From Malacoraja senta (lineage: Eukaryota), in the NCBI GenBank assembly GCA_038087875.1, contig CM075996.1, forward strand, positions 1,366,001-1,430,000: 64,000 bases of DNA. Reading direction: 5' to 3'. A program made the position numbers and the translations under genes. Position 1 is the first letter of the stretch; the number at the start of each line of letters is the position of its first letter. Below are positions 36,365 to 48,724 of the stretch, piece after piece. The notes beneath the pieces are model-generated. The model ran no database searches and was not told the origin of the DNA. It saw only the letters and a program-made list of their open reading frames with translations.

Positions 36365-38780
36365 ACTTAAAATATTCAGCAGGCAGAGGACAAACATGGA
36401 GGGAGGACAACCTCTACATATGGGCGAATCATTGTGGCTCAACTTATATTGAGCCTCCTGCAGAGTCAGGGTGTTTTTTCAAGACATATTTCACAATCAT
36501 GGTGCCACACATTCACACAACACTTTCATTTCTTATTTTTCGGCTTTTTTTTCTAGGAAAGAACACACAACGGTACAGCACGGGAAGAGGCCCTTTGTCC
36601 CGCAGAGTGTCTGTACCGAGCAATGATGCCAAGTTAAACTAACCTCTGTCTGCATGTGATCCATTTCCCTCCATGTCCACGTGCCTATCTAAACGCCTCT
36701 TAAACACCTCTCTTCTACCTGCCTCCATCGCCATGTTTAAAAAAAAAAAAGCATTTGGACAGATACATAGATAGGATAAGTTTGGATGGATACGGGCCAA
36801 ATGCGGGCAGGTGGGACTAGTGTGGAGGGGGCAAGTTGGGCTGAAGGGCCTGTTTACATGCTGTATGACTCTATGACCACCCCTGGCAACAGGTTCCAGG
36901 CACTCGCCATTCTCCATGGAGAACAAGCTTGCTCTGCACATCTCCTTAAGCTGTTTCCTCTAGACTTTGACATTTCCACCCTGGGAAAGATATAAAAAAT
37001 TACTGACATTTAATTCTTGCCTCTCTGGATCACTTTTTAGTTTGGTAATAGTTCAGATGGTGTCATGTCACTGATTGTCTTTTCGAGGTGAATGGAGCCT
37101 AATTTATTTTTATCTGCCTCCAAATTTGCAGCAAGTCTTCCCAAGAGATGACAAGATCCTTCCCAAGGATTACTCTGCCACCCCCACCCTCATTCCCCCC
37201 TCCCTGTCTCACACTGATGTGTGCTAGGTTGTGATTTCCCACCGTGACTCAAATTCGTTGAAATATCAGACAAATCGGTCCGGACTTTCCTTTTTAGGAC
37301 TCAGCTGTTCACAGCCTTAATCAGCTGAGCTGTCAAAAGAGCTAGGTTTGTTTTGAGCAATGCTGTCATTCATTTCTCATTGCACTTTGCAGAAGTTATT
37401 CCCTATTTTGGGGTAGTTTAGTCTTTGACTATTATCTCAAATTTAAACAGAAAAAGCCTCATGAAAAGAACCTTCCTGTTGTGAGAAGGAACATTGTAAA
37501 AGTAATTTCTTATTGTTCCTGAATGTGGAGAGTGGAAAATCACAGCTAATTGTTACAAAAAATGACAAATTTGATGTTCGTGCGATTTAGAATTTTCTTA
37601 CGTAAGTCTTTGATTAGTACGTGTGTCAAGGGTTATGGGGAGAAGGCAGGAGAATGGGGTTAGGAGGGAGAGATAGATCAGCCATGATTGAATGGCGGAG
37701 TAGACTTGATGGGCCGAATGGCCTAATTCTACTCCTATCACTTATGACCTTATGAGCTTAAGTGTATAACACTAGTTAGCATCAAGGAGTTTTACGTGAA
37801 GCAGCTGGTTGTAATTCTGTTTGAAAGTGCCATTAGTTCCATTCTCTTGACTCTGCTTTCTGAACAAGCAGTTGGGTTTAAGAAGGAACTGCAGATGCTG
37901 GAAAATCGAAGGTACACAAAAATGCTGGAGAAACTCAGCGGGTGCAGCAGCATCTATGGAGCGAAGGAAATAGGTAACGTTTCGGGCCGAAACCCTTCTT
38001 CAGACTGGGTTTTATGGGTGGCAAGGAGTATTGGTGGCAATAAATTCTGCAGGTCCTCCCCAGAAGGACTTGAGTGAAACCTCTTCCCTTCCTGCCGTTG
38101 TGCTTGAGCGGAGAGGGAAGGGCAGTGACACAAGGAACTGCAGGTGTTGGAATCTTGAGTAAGACACAAGTGCTGGAGTAACTCAGTGGGTCAGGCAGAT
38201 TCTGTGAGGCAGCAGCTCTACCAACGATGGAAATATTTTCTCTAGTCTATCACTTGCCACTCCTTTATTAAGTTGTATTTATTTCAATGTGTGGTCTGCT
38301 GACACTAACGTAGGAGCTTTGCGTTGTAGGAACTGAACTATGACTGTTTGATGTTTTACCCTCAACAATCTTTATTGAGAAGCTTTATTCTCCCTGAAGT
38401 GAAAATTGCAAGGGTTTTCAAAAAGAGTTGAAAAAAAAAAGAAAAAAAAGCTTTTAACATGCGTCTGCATGAAAGGAAGTTTGATAGCAAAGATGTCAAG
38501 TTGGCGGAGGGTGGGCCAGGGCCTTATGAAACCAGTGGTATGAAAGTGCTGACACTAATTACATGCCTCTCCCCATCCATAGTGTCAACTGAAACACTGT
38601 ATAACCAACAAAGTATTATGGACCGAACGAATGGTAACGTTTCAGTGTGTATAAAGGAACTGCAGATGCTGGTTTAAACCAAAGATAGACATAAAATGCT
38701 GGAGTAACTCAGCGGGACAGGCAGCATCTCTGGCGGGAAGGAATGGGTGACATAGAAGATAGATATATAAGGTTGTGTGA

Positions 38781-38980
38781 AGGTGTGAACACATTTCATT
38801 GTTGAAGAATAAGTATCATGATCTTTCTAACTTTTTGTGGTACCTTCGTGTACAGAGATTTGCCACCACATCTGGGTTTATGTTGCCAGATGTGGTGGGA
38901 AATCTTTGTTGATGAAGGTACCGCAAAGAGTTAGAAAGGCTGTGATACTTAATCTTCACCAGTGCACTGAAATGTCACCT
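38781..38980 (+). other. ~200-nt imperfect inverted repeat / RNA hairpin in intron 17
   Basis: Arms 38781-38875 and 38886-38980; 10-nt loop gtttatgttg; core ccaccacatctgg / ccagatgtggtgg. Confidence 0.85.
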
Positions 38981-39084
38981 CCCATTAGGTGCTGAAGTGG
39001 AGTGACTACTCACTTCAGGTGAGGACACTTCTGTGCTTCATTGAGACTTCCGTTCAACTTCCAACCATTCACTGGGTGCAAAAA

Positions 39085-39249
39085 GCTGGAGTAACTCAGC
39101 AGGACAAGCAGCATCTGTGGAGGGAAGGAATGGGTGACATTTCACAGAGTGCTGGAGTAACTCAGCAGGACAGGCAGCATCTGTGGAGGGAAGGAATGGG
39201 TGACATTTCACAGAGTGCTGGAGTAACTCAGCAGGACAGGCAGCATCTG
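39085..39249 (-). repeat. About 2.5 x 66-bp tandem array, variant unit
   Basis: Units share private variants (cagcaggaca, gagggaaggaatgggtgacattt) but have the same tttcacagagtgctgg junction. Confidence 0.88.
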
Positions 39250-41159
39250 AAGCAAAATGGAGGCACAAGGAACTGCAGATGCTGGAATCTTGAGCAAAAC
39301 GCAAAGTGCTGGAGGAATTTGGGTGGTTCAGGTGGCATCAGTGGACAACATTGCCTGTCCATTCTCTCCACAGATGTTGCCTGATGTACTGAGTTCCTCC
39401 AGCACTATGTTTTGCTCTATCTCGTGCAAGGTTGCTGCCAGCTCCACCAGAACAAACACTGCTGGTCTGCTTTGTTTGTACACCTCTGGATGATGGTATG
39501 GTATGATGGAATGTTATATTTCATCTACTGTAATTCAATATTCCGGTTCCTATTTTATGAATATTTTTAAACACTGCCCCTGTGGGATGCAGTGATGCTT
39601 TATTTACCCCTTACAAAAACCCCCAAGTTTCCTTCAGCATATGTTTGTCTTGTTGCTTCTCTGCGTGCCTCTAAACTGCCAGGTGTAGGCAGCCGGGATA
39701 CTGCACTGGTCGCTTGGCGAATAGATCATCGATGATTTAACAAGAGCTTTGACCGCAAATCTTGCAGCTTGATCGTTGGGAAAGAGATGGTTGATGTAAG
39801 CCAAGTTACAAAAAATAAAATGATGCAATTTGTGAGCTGTGTTGTAAGCCCCTCACTGTTGGGGTGGGTGGGGTGGGGAGGGCTGCACTGTGGAGGGGTG
39901 CTATGGCAATGGTTGGCTGGTGTCTGTCTGTGTGTTATTTAGTTTGAATGCAAACAGTCCTCAGGAAACGGACAGTTTCCAGCTTTCCTGTGGTAAAGCC
40001 TTGCTTCCTGCCTGATACACACCCCGCCACTGCCGTGCAGCACAGTTGGACTCAAGGCCTGTTGCTCCATTGCAAAATGGATTGCAAAATTGATTTGAAT
40101 TTCAGTTGAAGGCACTTGTCCTTCCATTGTCCTCTCCTGGGTTCACCCGAGCTGACTTCTTGCAGAGTTGTTTCCATATCCATCAGCTGCCCCCTTGCGC
40201 TGCACCCACATGGACAATCCTTGCATCAATGTCCAAATTGTGTCTTATAATTCTGTTAGATCATGGCGACCATCACTGGCCAGGAAAAGCTTTTAGTCAC
40301 CTGGCGTTAGATATGCATCCTCTCCAGGAAGTGGTCAGTACAATGATTGGGAGCAGGAAACCTCGCTGATATTCCTCTCTTGTTTTTCCTCTATCCCCTC
40401 CGTTCCAACTCTTTTGGTGAACTTTCAAGAGCAAGTATCTATGGTGAGCATCATCTCAGTCATTTTGTGCTTGGCACGCTCTCAGCAGAGGTGACCGAAC
40501 AGCAACAAGCAAACTGCAAATGTAATTGTATTCCAATAGTTGCCTGAAGGGTTTTGGATTGCCAGCCTCCCAATGTTGCACAGTGCCATTGACTGTATCC
40601 ATGCTAACTCAATGCCTTACGTTGGGCAGGCAAGTCAGGGCCACAGGGATTTACCTCCCTCGGTGTTAAGCACGTCTGAAACTCTTCAGTAATAATCACA
40701 TTAGTTAATACATGATATCCAGCGAGCAGTCATAGCTTGATCAACATGTGACAATCTATTTTGCTCAATATTGTTCAGCTTCTGCATGGGAAATGAGTCA
40801 AGAGCTGTTTTCAGAATGCCTGGTTCATCGCACTGTTTCAGTATAGGTGTCCTGGAAGGAAGTATGAGCATAACAAAAGGCAATGCTGCCACCCAGGATG
40901 TTGGAGGGCAAACTCTCAGTGACAGAAGGCATCTTCCAGTGTACTGGAGAATAGAAGAAGGGGCAGTGTTTGTAGAAGGGTCTCGCCCCGAAACGTCACC
41001 CATTCCTTCTCTCCAGAGATGCTCCTGTCCCGCTGAGTTACTCCAGCACCTTGTGTCTAGGATGGATCTCATAACTTGCTTTCGATAGCACGATTGTAAC
41101 CAATTCTCCCACAATAACCTCATAGGTGTTTGACCTCATTACACCTCATTAACCTCATT

Positions 41160-42350
41160 AGGGGGCAGCATGGTGGCGCAGTGGTAGAGTTGCTGCACCA
41201 GAGACCCGGATTTGATCCTGACTACAGATGCTATCTGTAGCATCTGTAAACACCAGCAAAACCAAGGAACTGATTGTGGACTTTGGAAGGAGTAGGATGG
41301 GGACCCACAGTCCTGTTTATATCAACGGGTCGGGTTGAAAGGGTCAAGAGCTTCAAATTCCTGGGCGTGCACATCTCTGAAGATCTTTCCTGGTCCGAGA
41401 ACACTGATGCCATTATTAAGAAAGCACATCAGCGCCTCTACTTCCTGAGAAGATTACGGAGAGTTGGTTTGTCAAGGAGGACTCTCTCTAACTTCTATAG
41501 GTGCACAGTAGAGAGCATGCTGACCGGTTGCATCGTGGCTTGGTTCGGCAACTTGAGCGCCCTGGAGAGGAAAAGACTACAAAAAGTAGTAAACACTGCA
41601 CAGTCCATCATTGGCTCTGACCTCCCTTCCATCGAGGGGATCTATGACAGTCGCTGCCTCAAAAAGGCTGGCAGTATCATCAAGGACCCACACCATCCTG
41701 GCCACACACTCATCTCCCTGCTACCTTCAGGTAGAAGGTACAGGAGCCTGAAGACTGCAACGACCAGGTTCAGGAACAGCTACTTCCCCACAGCCATCAG
41801 GCTATTAAACCTGGCTCGGACATAACACTGAACTTTATTAGCCAATACTGTTATTTGCACTTTATCAGTATATTGATTCATGTGTGTATATATTTATAGA
41901 ATGCCTTGTAGTCAATGCCTTCTATGTTCTGTTGTGCTGAAGCAAAGCAAGAATTTCATTGTCCTATCAGGGACACATGACAATAAACTCACTTGAACTT
42001 GAACTATCTGTACAGAGTTTGTACATTTTCCTCGTGACCTGCCTGCGTTTTCTCTGGGTGCTACGGTTCCCTCCCACACTCCAAAGATGGGCAGGTCTAG
42101 TCTGAAGAAGGGTCTCTACCCGTAACTTCATCTATTCCCTTTCTCCAGAGATGCTGTCTGTCTGAGTTACTCCAGCTTCATGTGTTTACCTTCGGTTTAA
42201 ACCAGCATCTGCAGTTCCTTCCTAAAGGCTTGTAGGTTAATTGGCATCTGTAAATTGTCCCGAGTGTGTGTAGGATAGTGTAAGTGATCGCTGGTCAGCA
42301 TGGACTCGGTGGGCTGATGGGCTTGTTTCCACGCTGTATCTCCAAAGTCT
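41160..42350 (+). mobile_element. HE1-type V-SINE split by Rex1/Babar and Penelope-end insertions
   Basis: Head 41160-41239; body resumes at 42004; Penelope end at about 42100-42222. Confidence 0.75.
41240..42003 (+). mobile_element. 5'-truncated Rex1/Babar-like LINE
   Basis: VERVKSFKFLGVHISEDLSWS...KKAHQRLYFLRRL...PSGRRYRS...FPTAIRLLN; (cttgaa)n tail; 9-bp TSD CTATCTGTA (41231-41239, 42004-42012). Confidence 0.88.
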
Positions 42351-42374
42351 AAAATGTCTCCAATGACAGGACCA

Positions 42375-42389
42375 GACACACACACACAA

Positions 42390-42430
<41 letters not shown>

Positions 42431-42438
42431 TGCGCGCG

Positions 42439-42474
<36 letters not shown>

Positions 42475-42526
42475 GATGCACACACGCACACACCCACACG
42501 CACGCACGCACGCACACATGCACACA
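42375..42526. repeat. Compound (CA)n microsatellite
   Basis: Direct reading. Confidence 0.95.
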
Positions 42527-42784
42527 AACAAGAGGTCTAGATGGTCTGGAACAAATGACTCACTTCCTGACTTGAAATACTTCCATTTGCAAAATACAAA
42601 TCCAGGAATATGATAGAAATCTCTTCCCTACATTAACAAATTTCTGTTAATACCCATAGGGTTTTCAAAATGTATGATAGTCCAAATTAGGTTATTGCTG
42701 TTAAAATGAACAACATGCAGCCATTTTGAGTGCAGCAAACCTCTCGGTACAGTAAAGTGATAACAACTTTGGTGGATCTACAAG

Positions 42785-43085
42785 CAGCAGCGGGTAGAGC
42801 CACTGCCTCTCAGCGTCAGAGACCTGTGTTTGATCCTGATCTTGGCTGCTGTCTGTGTGGAGTTTGCACTTTCTCCACGTGACCACGTGGGTTTCTCCTG
42901 GTGCTCCAGTTGCCTCCCACATCCTAAAGAGATACGGGTTTGTAGGTTACCTGCCCTCTGTAAATTTCCCCTAGTGTGCAGGGAGTGCATGAGAAGTTGG
43001 GATAACGTAGAACTGGTGTGAACGGGTGATCAATGGTCAACTTGGTCTCGGTGGGCCGAAGGCGGTTTCCATGCTCTCTCACTGA
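42785..43085 (+). mobile_element. HE1-type V-SINE (older copy)
   Basis: Consensus similarity. Confidence 0.75.
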
Positions 43086-43225
43086 ACCGAGCTGCACTGG
43101 TTTATTTGTGTGCTCAGTGCGTCTTGTGTGAAGAGTGGATGGAGCACCTCATCTTGAATTCAGTCCATAAACTCCCATCCCAGGGATCAGTAGATGATTT
43201 GTTGAGAACATTACCAGACCACAGT

Positions 43226-43526
43226 CATGGTGGCGCAGCGGTAGAGTTGCTGCCTTACAGCGAATGCAGCGCCGGAGACCCGGTTCAATCCCGACTACGG
43301 GTGCTGTCTGTACGGAGTTTGTACCTTCTCCCCGTGACCGCGTGGGTTTTCTCCGAGATCTTCGGTTTCCTCCCACACTCCAAAGACATGCAGGTCTGTA
43401 GGTTAATTGGCTTGGTAAATGTTAAAATTGTTCCTAGTGTGTGTAGGATAGTGTTAGTGTGCGGGGATCGCTGGTCGGCGCGGACCCGGTGTTTCCGCGC
43501 TGTATCTCTGAACTAAACTAAACTAA
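43226..43526 (+). mobile_element. HE1-type V-SINE
   Basis: 8-bp TSD ACCACAGT (43218-43225, 43527-43534). Confidence 0.9.
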
Positions 43527-44509
43527 ACCACAGTGCTATGGGGAATGAAGTTGCTTCTCTAAGCCAGTGGTTCCTTTTGCAAAGCAGATTATAAATGTCA
43601 AGCCCACCATTGACAAATGTCAGGGTCCTTGATGGTAGCACATATTGTGCAAATTACGGGTACAGTGCCTGCAACTCTGGATAACCTGGTGTCTGTATTC
43701 TCTAAAGTTATTGCTACTCTCTCGTCCAGCTTGTTCAGTAGATGCGCCTACATTTTAGCTCCGTTCACAGGCACGACGGTGCCGTGGTTCTCTACCATGG
43801 GGTTTTCTAGCCTCAGTCAAGATTTGTACATTTGTGGTTTAATTCTCTATTTGTGTTTTATTTCTGAAAGTTGTGCTCAGTACAAGGGCTTTCACAAAAC
43901 ACGACACCTTTGAAGGCTACAACCGCACTCAGCACCTGTTTGATGTGGTATAGATCAAAAACTGAGTGGAGCTTTGTCAGCCCCAGGCTCTCTGCTAATT
44001 GTGCTTGCTGCCCTGTAGTTGCAGTCTGAAGCTATAGTGGGATACTGTAGAACACACATTCCCCAACTAGACTTGACCGATCATCTGAATTTTAACGTTT
44101 TGGCAAAATTGGGTGGTGAATCTGTGGAATTCTTTGTCACAGACGGATGTGGAGGCCTAGTCAGTGGATATTTTTATGGCAGAGATAGATAAATTCTTGA
44201 TTAGTATGGGTGTCGGGGGGGTTATGGGAGAAGGCAGGAGAAATGGGGTTAGGAGGGATATATAGATCAGCCATGATTGAATGACGGAGTAAACGATGGG
44301 CCGAATGGCCTAATACTGCTCCTATTCCATATGACCTTATAAGCCTAGGTTGTTTGGACCATCAAGACGTAGTCTATTATTTCCATCGGAACCATCCAGT
44401 CTAATGGAGACGCAAGGAACTGCAGATGGATACAAGAGCTGGAGTAACTCAATGGGTCTGGCAACAACTGTGAAGGAAATGAATAGGTGATGTTTCAGGT
44501 CGTGGCAAT

Positions 44510-44806
44510 CACGGCACAGTGCACATCGGTAGAGTTGCAGCCTCACAGCGCCAGAGACCTGGGTTTGATCCTGACTACGGGTGCTGTCTGTACGAAGTTT
44601 GCACGTTTTCCCTGTGACCGCGTGGGTTTTCTCAGGGGGCTCCGGTTTCCTTCCACATTCCAAAGACGTGCAGGTTTGTAGGTTAATTGACTTCTGTAAA
44701 TTGTCCCTAGTGTCTAAGGCAGGGCTAGTGTACAGGTGATTGCTGGTCAGCGCAGACTCGGTAGGCTGAAGGGCCTGTTTCCACAATGTATCTCTTAACT
44801 AAACTA
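44510..44806 (+). mobile_element. HE1-type V-SINE
   Basis: Consensus similarity. Confidence 0.85.
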
Positions 44807-45318
44807 ATGGCTTGTGGCCACTGTAGCATTTCCCCTCCCCTACCCTGTGCCCCACCTGGACTCACATCCATTTATTCCGTTGCCCGTTTGAAGTTGTTTT
44901 AAATCTCGTTCCTGGGAGCAGATGTAAGTTCATTCCAGCATGCTAGACAAAAGGCAAACCGTTTCCTCTGATTATTGACTTTTCTGACACCAGTAACAGT
45001 TTATATATATTTTTTAAAACAGTGTATTCATCTTCATGCTTTTAAATGCCTCTGTAAAATCTCCCATTAAGCTTCTGGAAAATGATCTTAAATTCTTTGT
45101 TCACTTTGTGTTACATCTGACCTGGGAATACTTGTGGTCAATGGTACCAATTAAAATATCGTTTGTTTCATTCTTCCACTCATCCTCTCCTTCCCATGGT
45201 TTCATTTTAAACGTCCACCGTTCTCGTCTGTTTTTCCTTTTGCAGCTCTTTATTGCTCTTTTTTACTGTTAACATCGAGAATATATTTTAATCGGGGTTT
45301 TTTCACTTTCTCCCCCAG

Positions 45319-45414
45319 AGTGTCACTGGATTCGGGCGACAAATGATTGAGAAAACGAAACAGCTGGTTGAATCGAAGTACACCATTGCAAATGGCTACA
45401 AAGCAGATGCCAAG
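45319..45414 (+). CDS. POLD1: POLD1 coding exon (equiv. exon 18)
   Basis: cag|AGTGTC...GCCAAG|gtaagt; 96 bp; [32 protein letters not shown]. Confidence 0.97.
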
Positions 45415-45532
45415 GTAAGTCTGGCCCATCTGAAGAAGGGTCTCGACCCAAAACGTCACCCGTTCCTTCTCTCCAGAGATGCTGCCTGTCCCGCTGAGTT
45501 ACTCCAGCTTTTTGTGTCTATCTTCGGTTTTA

Positions 45533-46064
45533 AATCTCCAAATCTGTGGAAGGACATTCTTGCTATTGAGGGAGTGCAGCGTAAGTTCACGAGATTAATT
45601 CCTGGGATGGCGGGACTGTCATATGTTGAAAGAATGGAGCGGCTGGGGCTTGTATACACTGGAATTTAGAAGGATGGAGAGGGAATCTTATTGAAACATA
45701 TAAGATTATTAAGGGATTGGAAACGCTAGAGGCAGGAAACATGTCCCCGTTGTTAGGGGAGTCCAGAACCATGGGCACAGTTTAAGAATAAGGGGTAGGC
45801 CATTTAGAACGGAGATGAGGAAAAACCTTTTCACCCAGAGAGTTGTAGTCTGTGGAATTCTCTGCCTTAGAAGACAGTGGAGGCCAATTCTCTGGATCCT
45901 TTCAAGAGAGAGTTAGATATAGCTCTTAAAGATAGCGGAGTCAAAGAATATGGGGAGAAGACAGGAACGGGGTACTGATTGTGGATGATCAGCCATGATC
46001 AATGAATGGTGGTGCTGGCTTGAAGCGCTGAATGGCCTACTCCTGCACCTATGGTCTATTGTCT
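45533..46064 (+). mobile_element. CR1 LINE 3' fragment nested in a Penelope-end unit
   Basis: [39 protein letters not shown]; host unit runs 45430-45530 and resumes at aaaccagcatctgcag. Confidence 0.85.
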
Positions 46065-46319
46065 AAACCAGCATCTGCAGTTCCTGCTAACCCATTTCAC
46101 TGAAGGCAGGCGGAATGGCAGCAAACACCCAGCGTGTGTGCCAAACACTTCCTTCATTCTCTTCACTGTAGTTTTTCACTGTACCTCGGTACACGTGACA
46201 ATAAACCAAACTGTGACTGTAACTCATTCTGTGGAAAGTAGAAGCACCAAGCCCACTCCTCAATATATTATCCTCCTTAACAATATCTCACCCCTGCCTT
46301 CTTGTTCCCCTCTTGTTAG

Positions 46320-46457
46320 ATTATTTATGGTGACACGGATTCTGTGATGTGTAAGCTGGGGACACAGACGGTGGAAGAAAGCATGGCACTTGGTCGCGAG
46401 GCAGCTGAATGGGTCTCGAGTCACTTCATCCCCCCTATTAAACTCGAGTTTGAAAAG
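46320..46457 (+). CDS. POLD1: POLD1 coding exon (equiv. exon 19), motif C YGDTDS
   Basis: tag|ATTATT...GAAAAG|gtgagt; 138 bp; [46 protein letters not shown]. Confidence 0.97.
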
Positions 46458-46552
46458 GTGAGTGGAAAAGTTTGTGTGTAATTTAGTTATGAGTTCTGGG
46501 AACCTTCTCCGGTAATCAGACAGCTAATACTTTTGGAAAATCTTTCTCTTAG

Positions 46553-46728
46553 GTGTATTTCCCTTACCTGCTCATCAACAAGAAGCGCTATGCTGGTCTA
46601 TATTTCTCTTCAAGCCCGAACACCCATGATAAGATGGATTGCAAGGGGATAGAGACGGTGAGAAGAGATAACTGCCCATTGGTGGCCAACCTGATCAACA
46701 CCTGCCTTCAGAAAATCTTAATTGACAG
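46553..46728 (+). CDS. POLD1: POLD1 coding exon (equiv. exon 20)
   Basis: tag|GTGTAT...GACAG|gtatcc; 176 bp; [59 protein letters not shown]. Confidence 0.97.
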
Positions 46729-48477
46729 GTATCCATTAATAGGCATCATTTCTTATGTATCTCAATTTGGAGGATTTACAATTCACCAAATGCTTACATT
46801 ACCACTGAGATGAGAGCCTGTGGGTAGAGAGAGGGTAACATATGGACACACCGATCTGTTCTGTAGTCATGCCTACTATGTTCTGTTGTGCTGAAGCAAA
46901 GCAAGAATTTCATTGTCCTATCTGGGACACATGACAATAAACTCTCTTGATCTTGAATCCAACATTTAATTTGCTCTTGATTGCTTCATACACACTTGCT
47001 TTATTGCCAACATGGATGAGGCACTCAGGTCTTGTGTTTATAGAACATTGAACCAACCCCATTAGTTTTAATTGTGATAATTCTTTAATGAATTGAAGGT
47101 GGCTCTGGCCCATTTAATTCTAATATTCAGCCCCTGTATGATGTGTGGTCACCCTCAGAGCTGTAGTTGTCCTCAGTGAGATCCTACACCATGTGAAGGC
47201 AAGATCTTCAGCAATGGACCACCACAAATCACCATGCAAGATCTGATCCAAGTAGCTGGTTCAACTTAAATGGTTTGGTTACGAATTGTTTCATTATCCA
47301 CATGCACTTCATTTTTACCGCTACTAATTGAAACATAAAATCGTTGACAATACTCAATGGACCAGGTTCCATCTGTGGAGGAGACATAGTCAATGTTTCA
47401 GATTGATCCTGGAACCATCCCAGGCTAGGACCTTATTCCTTGGAATGTGGGATGTTAAGGGGGTGATCTTGCAGAAGTGTATAAAATGATGAGGAATAGA
47501 TACAGTGAATATACAGTCTATTACCTAGGATAGGAGAGTCAAGAACCAGAAGACACAGGTTTGAGGTGAGGGGTAAATATTTAATAGGAACCTGAGCGGC
47601 AACTATTTCACACAGAGGGTGGTGGGTGTAAGGAATGATTTGCCAGAGGAGGTGGTTGAGGCAGGTACAATAACAACATTTAAAAGCCATTTGGACAGAT
47701 ACTTGGATTGGAAAGGTTTAGAGGGATATGGGCCAAAGGCGGCCAATGGGACTAGCGTAGATGGGGCATGGTGGTGGGCAAGGATGAGTGGGGTGAAAGG
47801 CAAGTTTCCGTGCTGTAACTGTTTAAAGGCCACAGCCTGCTGTTTGCCATGCGACCTTGCACTCATTGCAAGTTGTACTAAAATTTCACCCTGCAATAAG
47901 ATACAAAATCAGAGCATTCAGATTAATAATGACCGCATTATTGGTAACTTAATTCTCATAGTCCTGCAAAGTTATGTTTTCTTTCCATGAAAGCACATTT
48001 CCTATGTGTTCCAAGGGACTACCTCTTCCATGTACTGCACTTTACTTCCTCTATCCACGTGATGGGCAGGAGATATTAGCGTGCCTTCATGTTCCTATGG
48101 AGTGTCCCTGGTCTGAGAGACTATCCAGGTTCACCAAATCTGAGAGCAGTGCTAGTGTTATTGCTTTGTATTCAAGAGAGAGTTGGATGTAGCCTTGTGG
48201 CGAATGGAATCAAGGGATATGGGGAGAAAGCAGGAACGGGGGTACTGATTCTGGATGATCATATTGAATGGTGGTGCTGGCTGGAAGGGTGGAATGGCCT
48301 ACTCCTGCACCTATTTTCTATGTATGTCCTAACCTTGCCATCGTTGCCAAAAACATTAGCCATGGCTAATGATGGGAACTTTCTATAGCTCGTTGAATGT
48401 CAGGTGAAGGCTGGGCAAGTGGTGATAATCAACCTGCCTACCAAGACCTCAGTGATTGCACCTGTATTATCCACCAG

Positions 48478-48630
48478 GGATCCCCAAGGAGCAGTGGAAC
48501 ACGCCAAGGACGTTATTTCTGATTTGCTGTGTAATCGGATCGACACCTCGCAGCTGGTGATTACCAAGGCGCTGACGCGGACGGCCGAAGAGTACGCGGC
48601 GAAGCAGGCCCACGTGGAGCTGGCAGAAAG
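48478..48630 (+). CDS. POLD1: POLD1 coding exon (equiv. exon 21)
   Basis: cag|GGATCC...GAAAG|gtagga; 153 bp; [51 protein letters not shown]. Confidence 0.96.
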
Positions 48631-48724
48631 GTAGGAACGCATTCATCTCCATCTGCCTTTCTCTGCACCTCAAGGGAGGCTGATCAGTGTTGCTAGGATC
48701 TGGTTTCATGCACGTTGGCAGCTT

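Noticed and set aside
46274..46281. Perfect U12 branch point TCCTTAAC in intron 18
   Set aside because: About 39 nt from the acceptor and paired with a canonical U2 donor (gtaagt). It is adequately explained as a U2 branch site.
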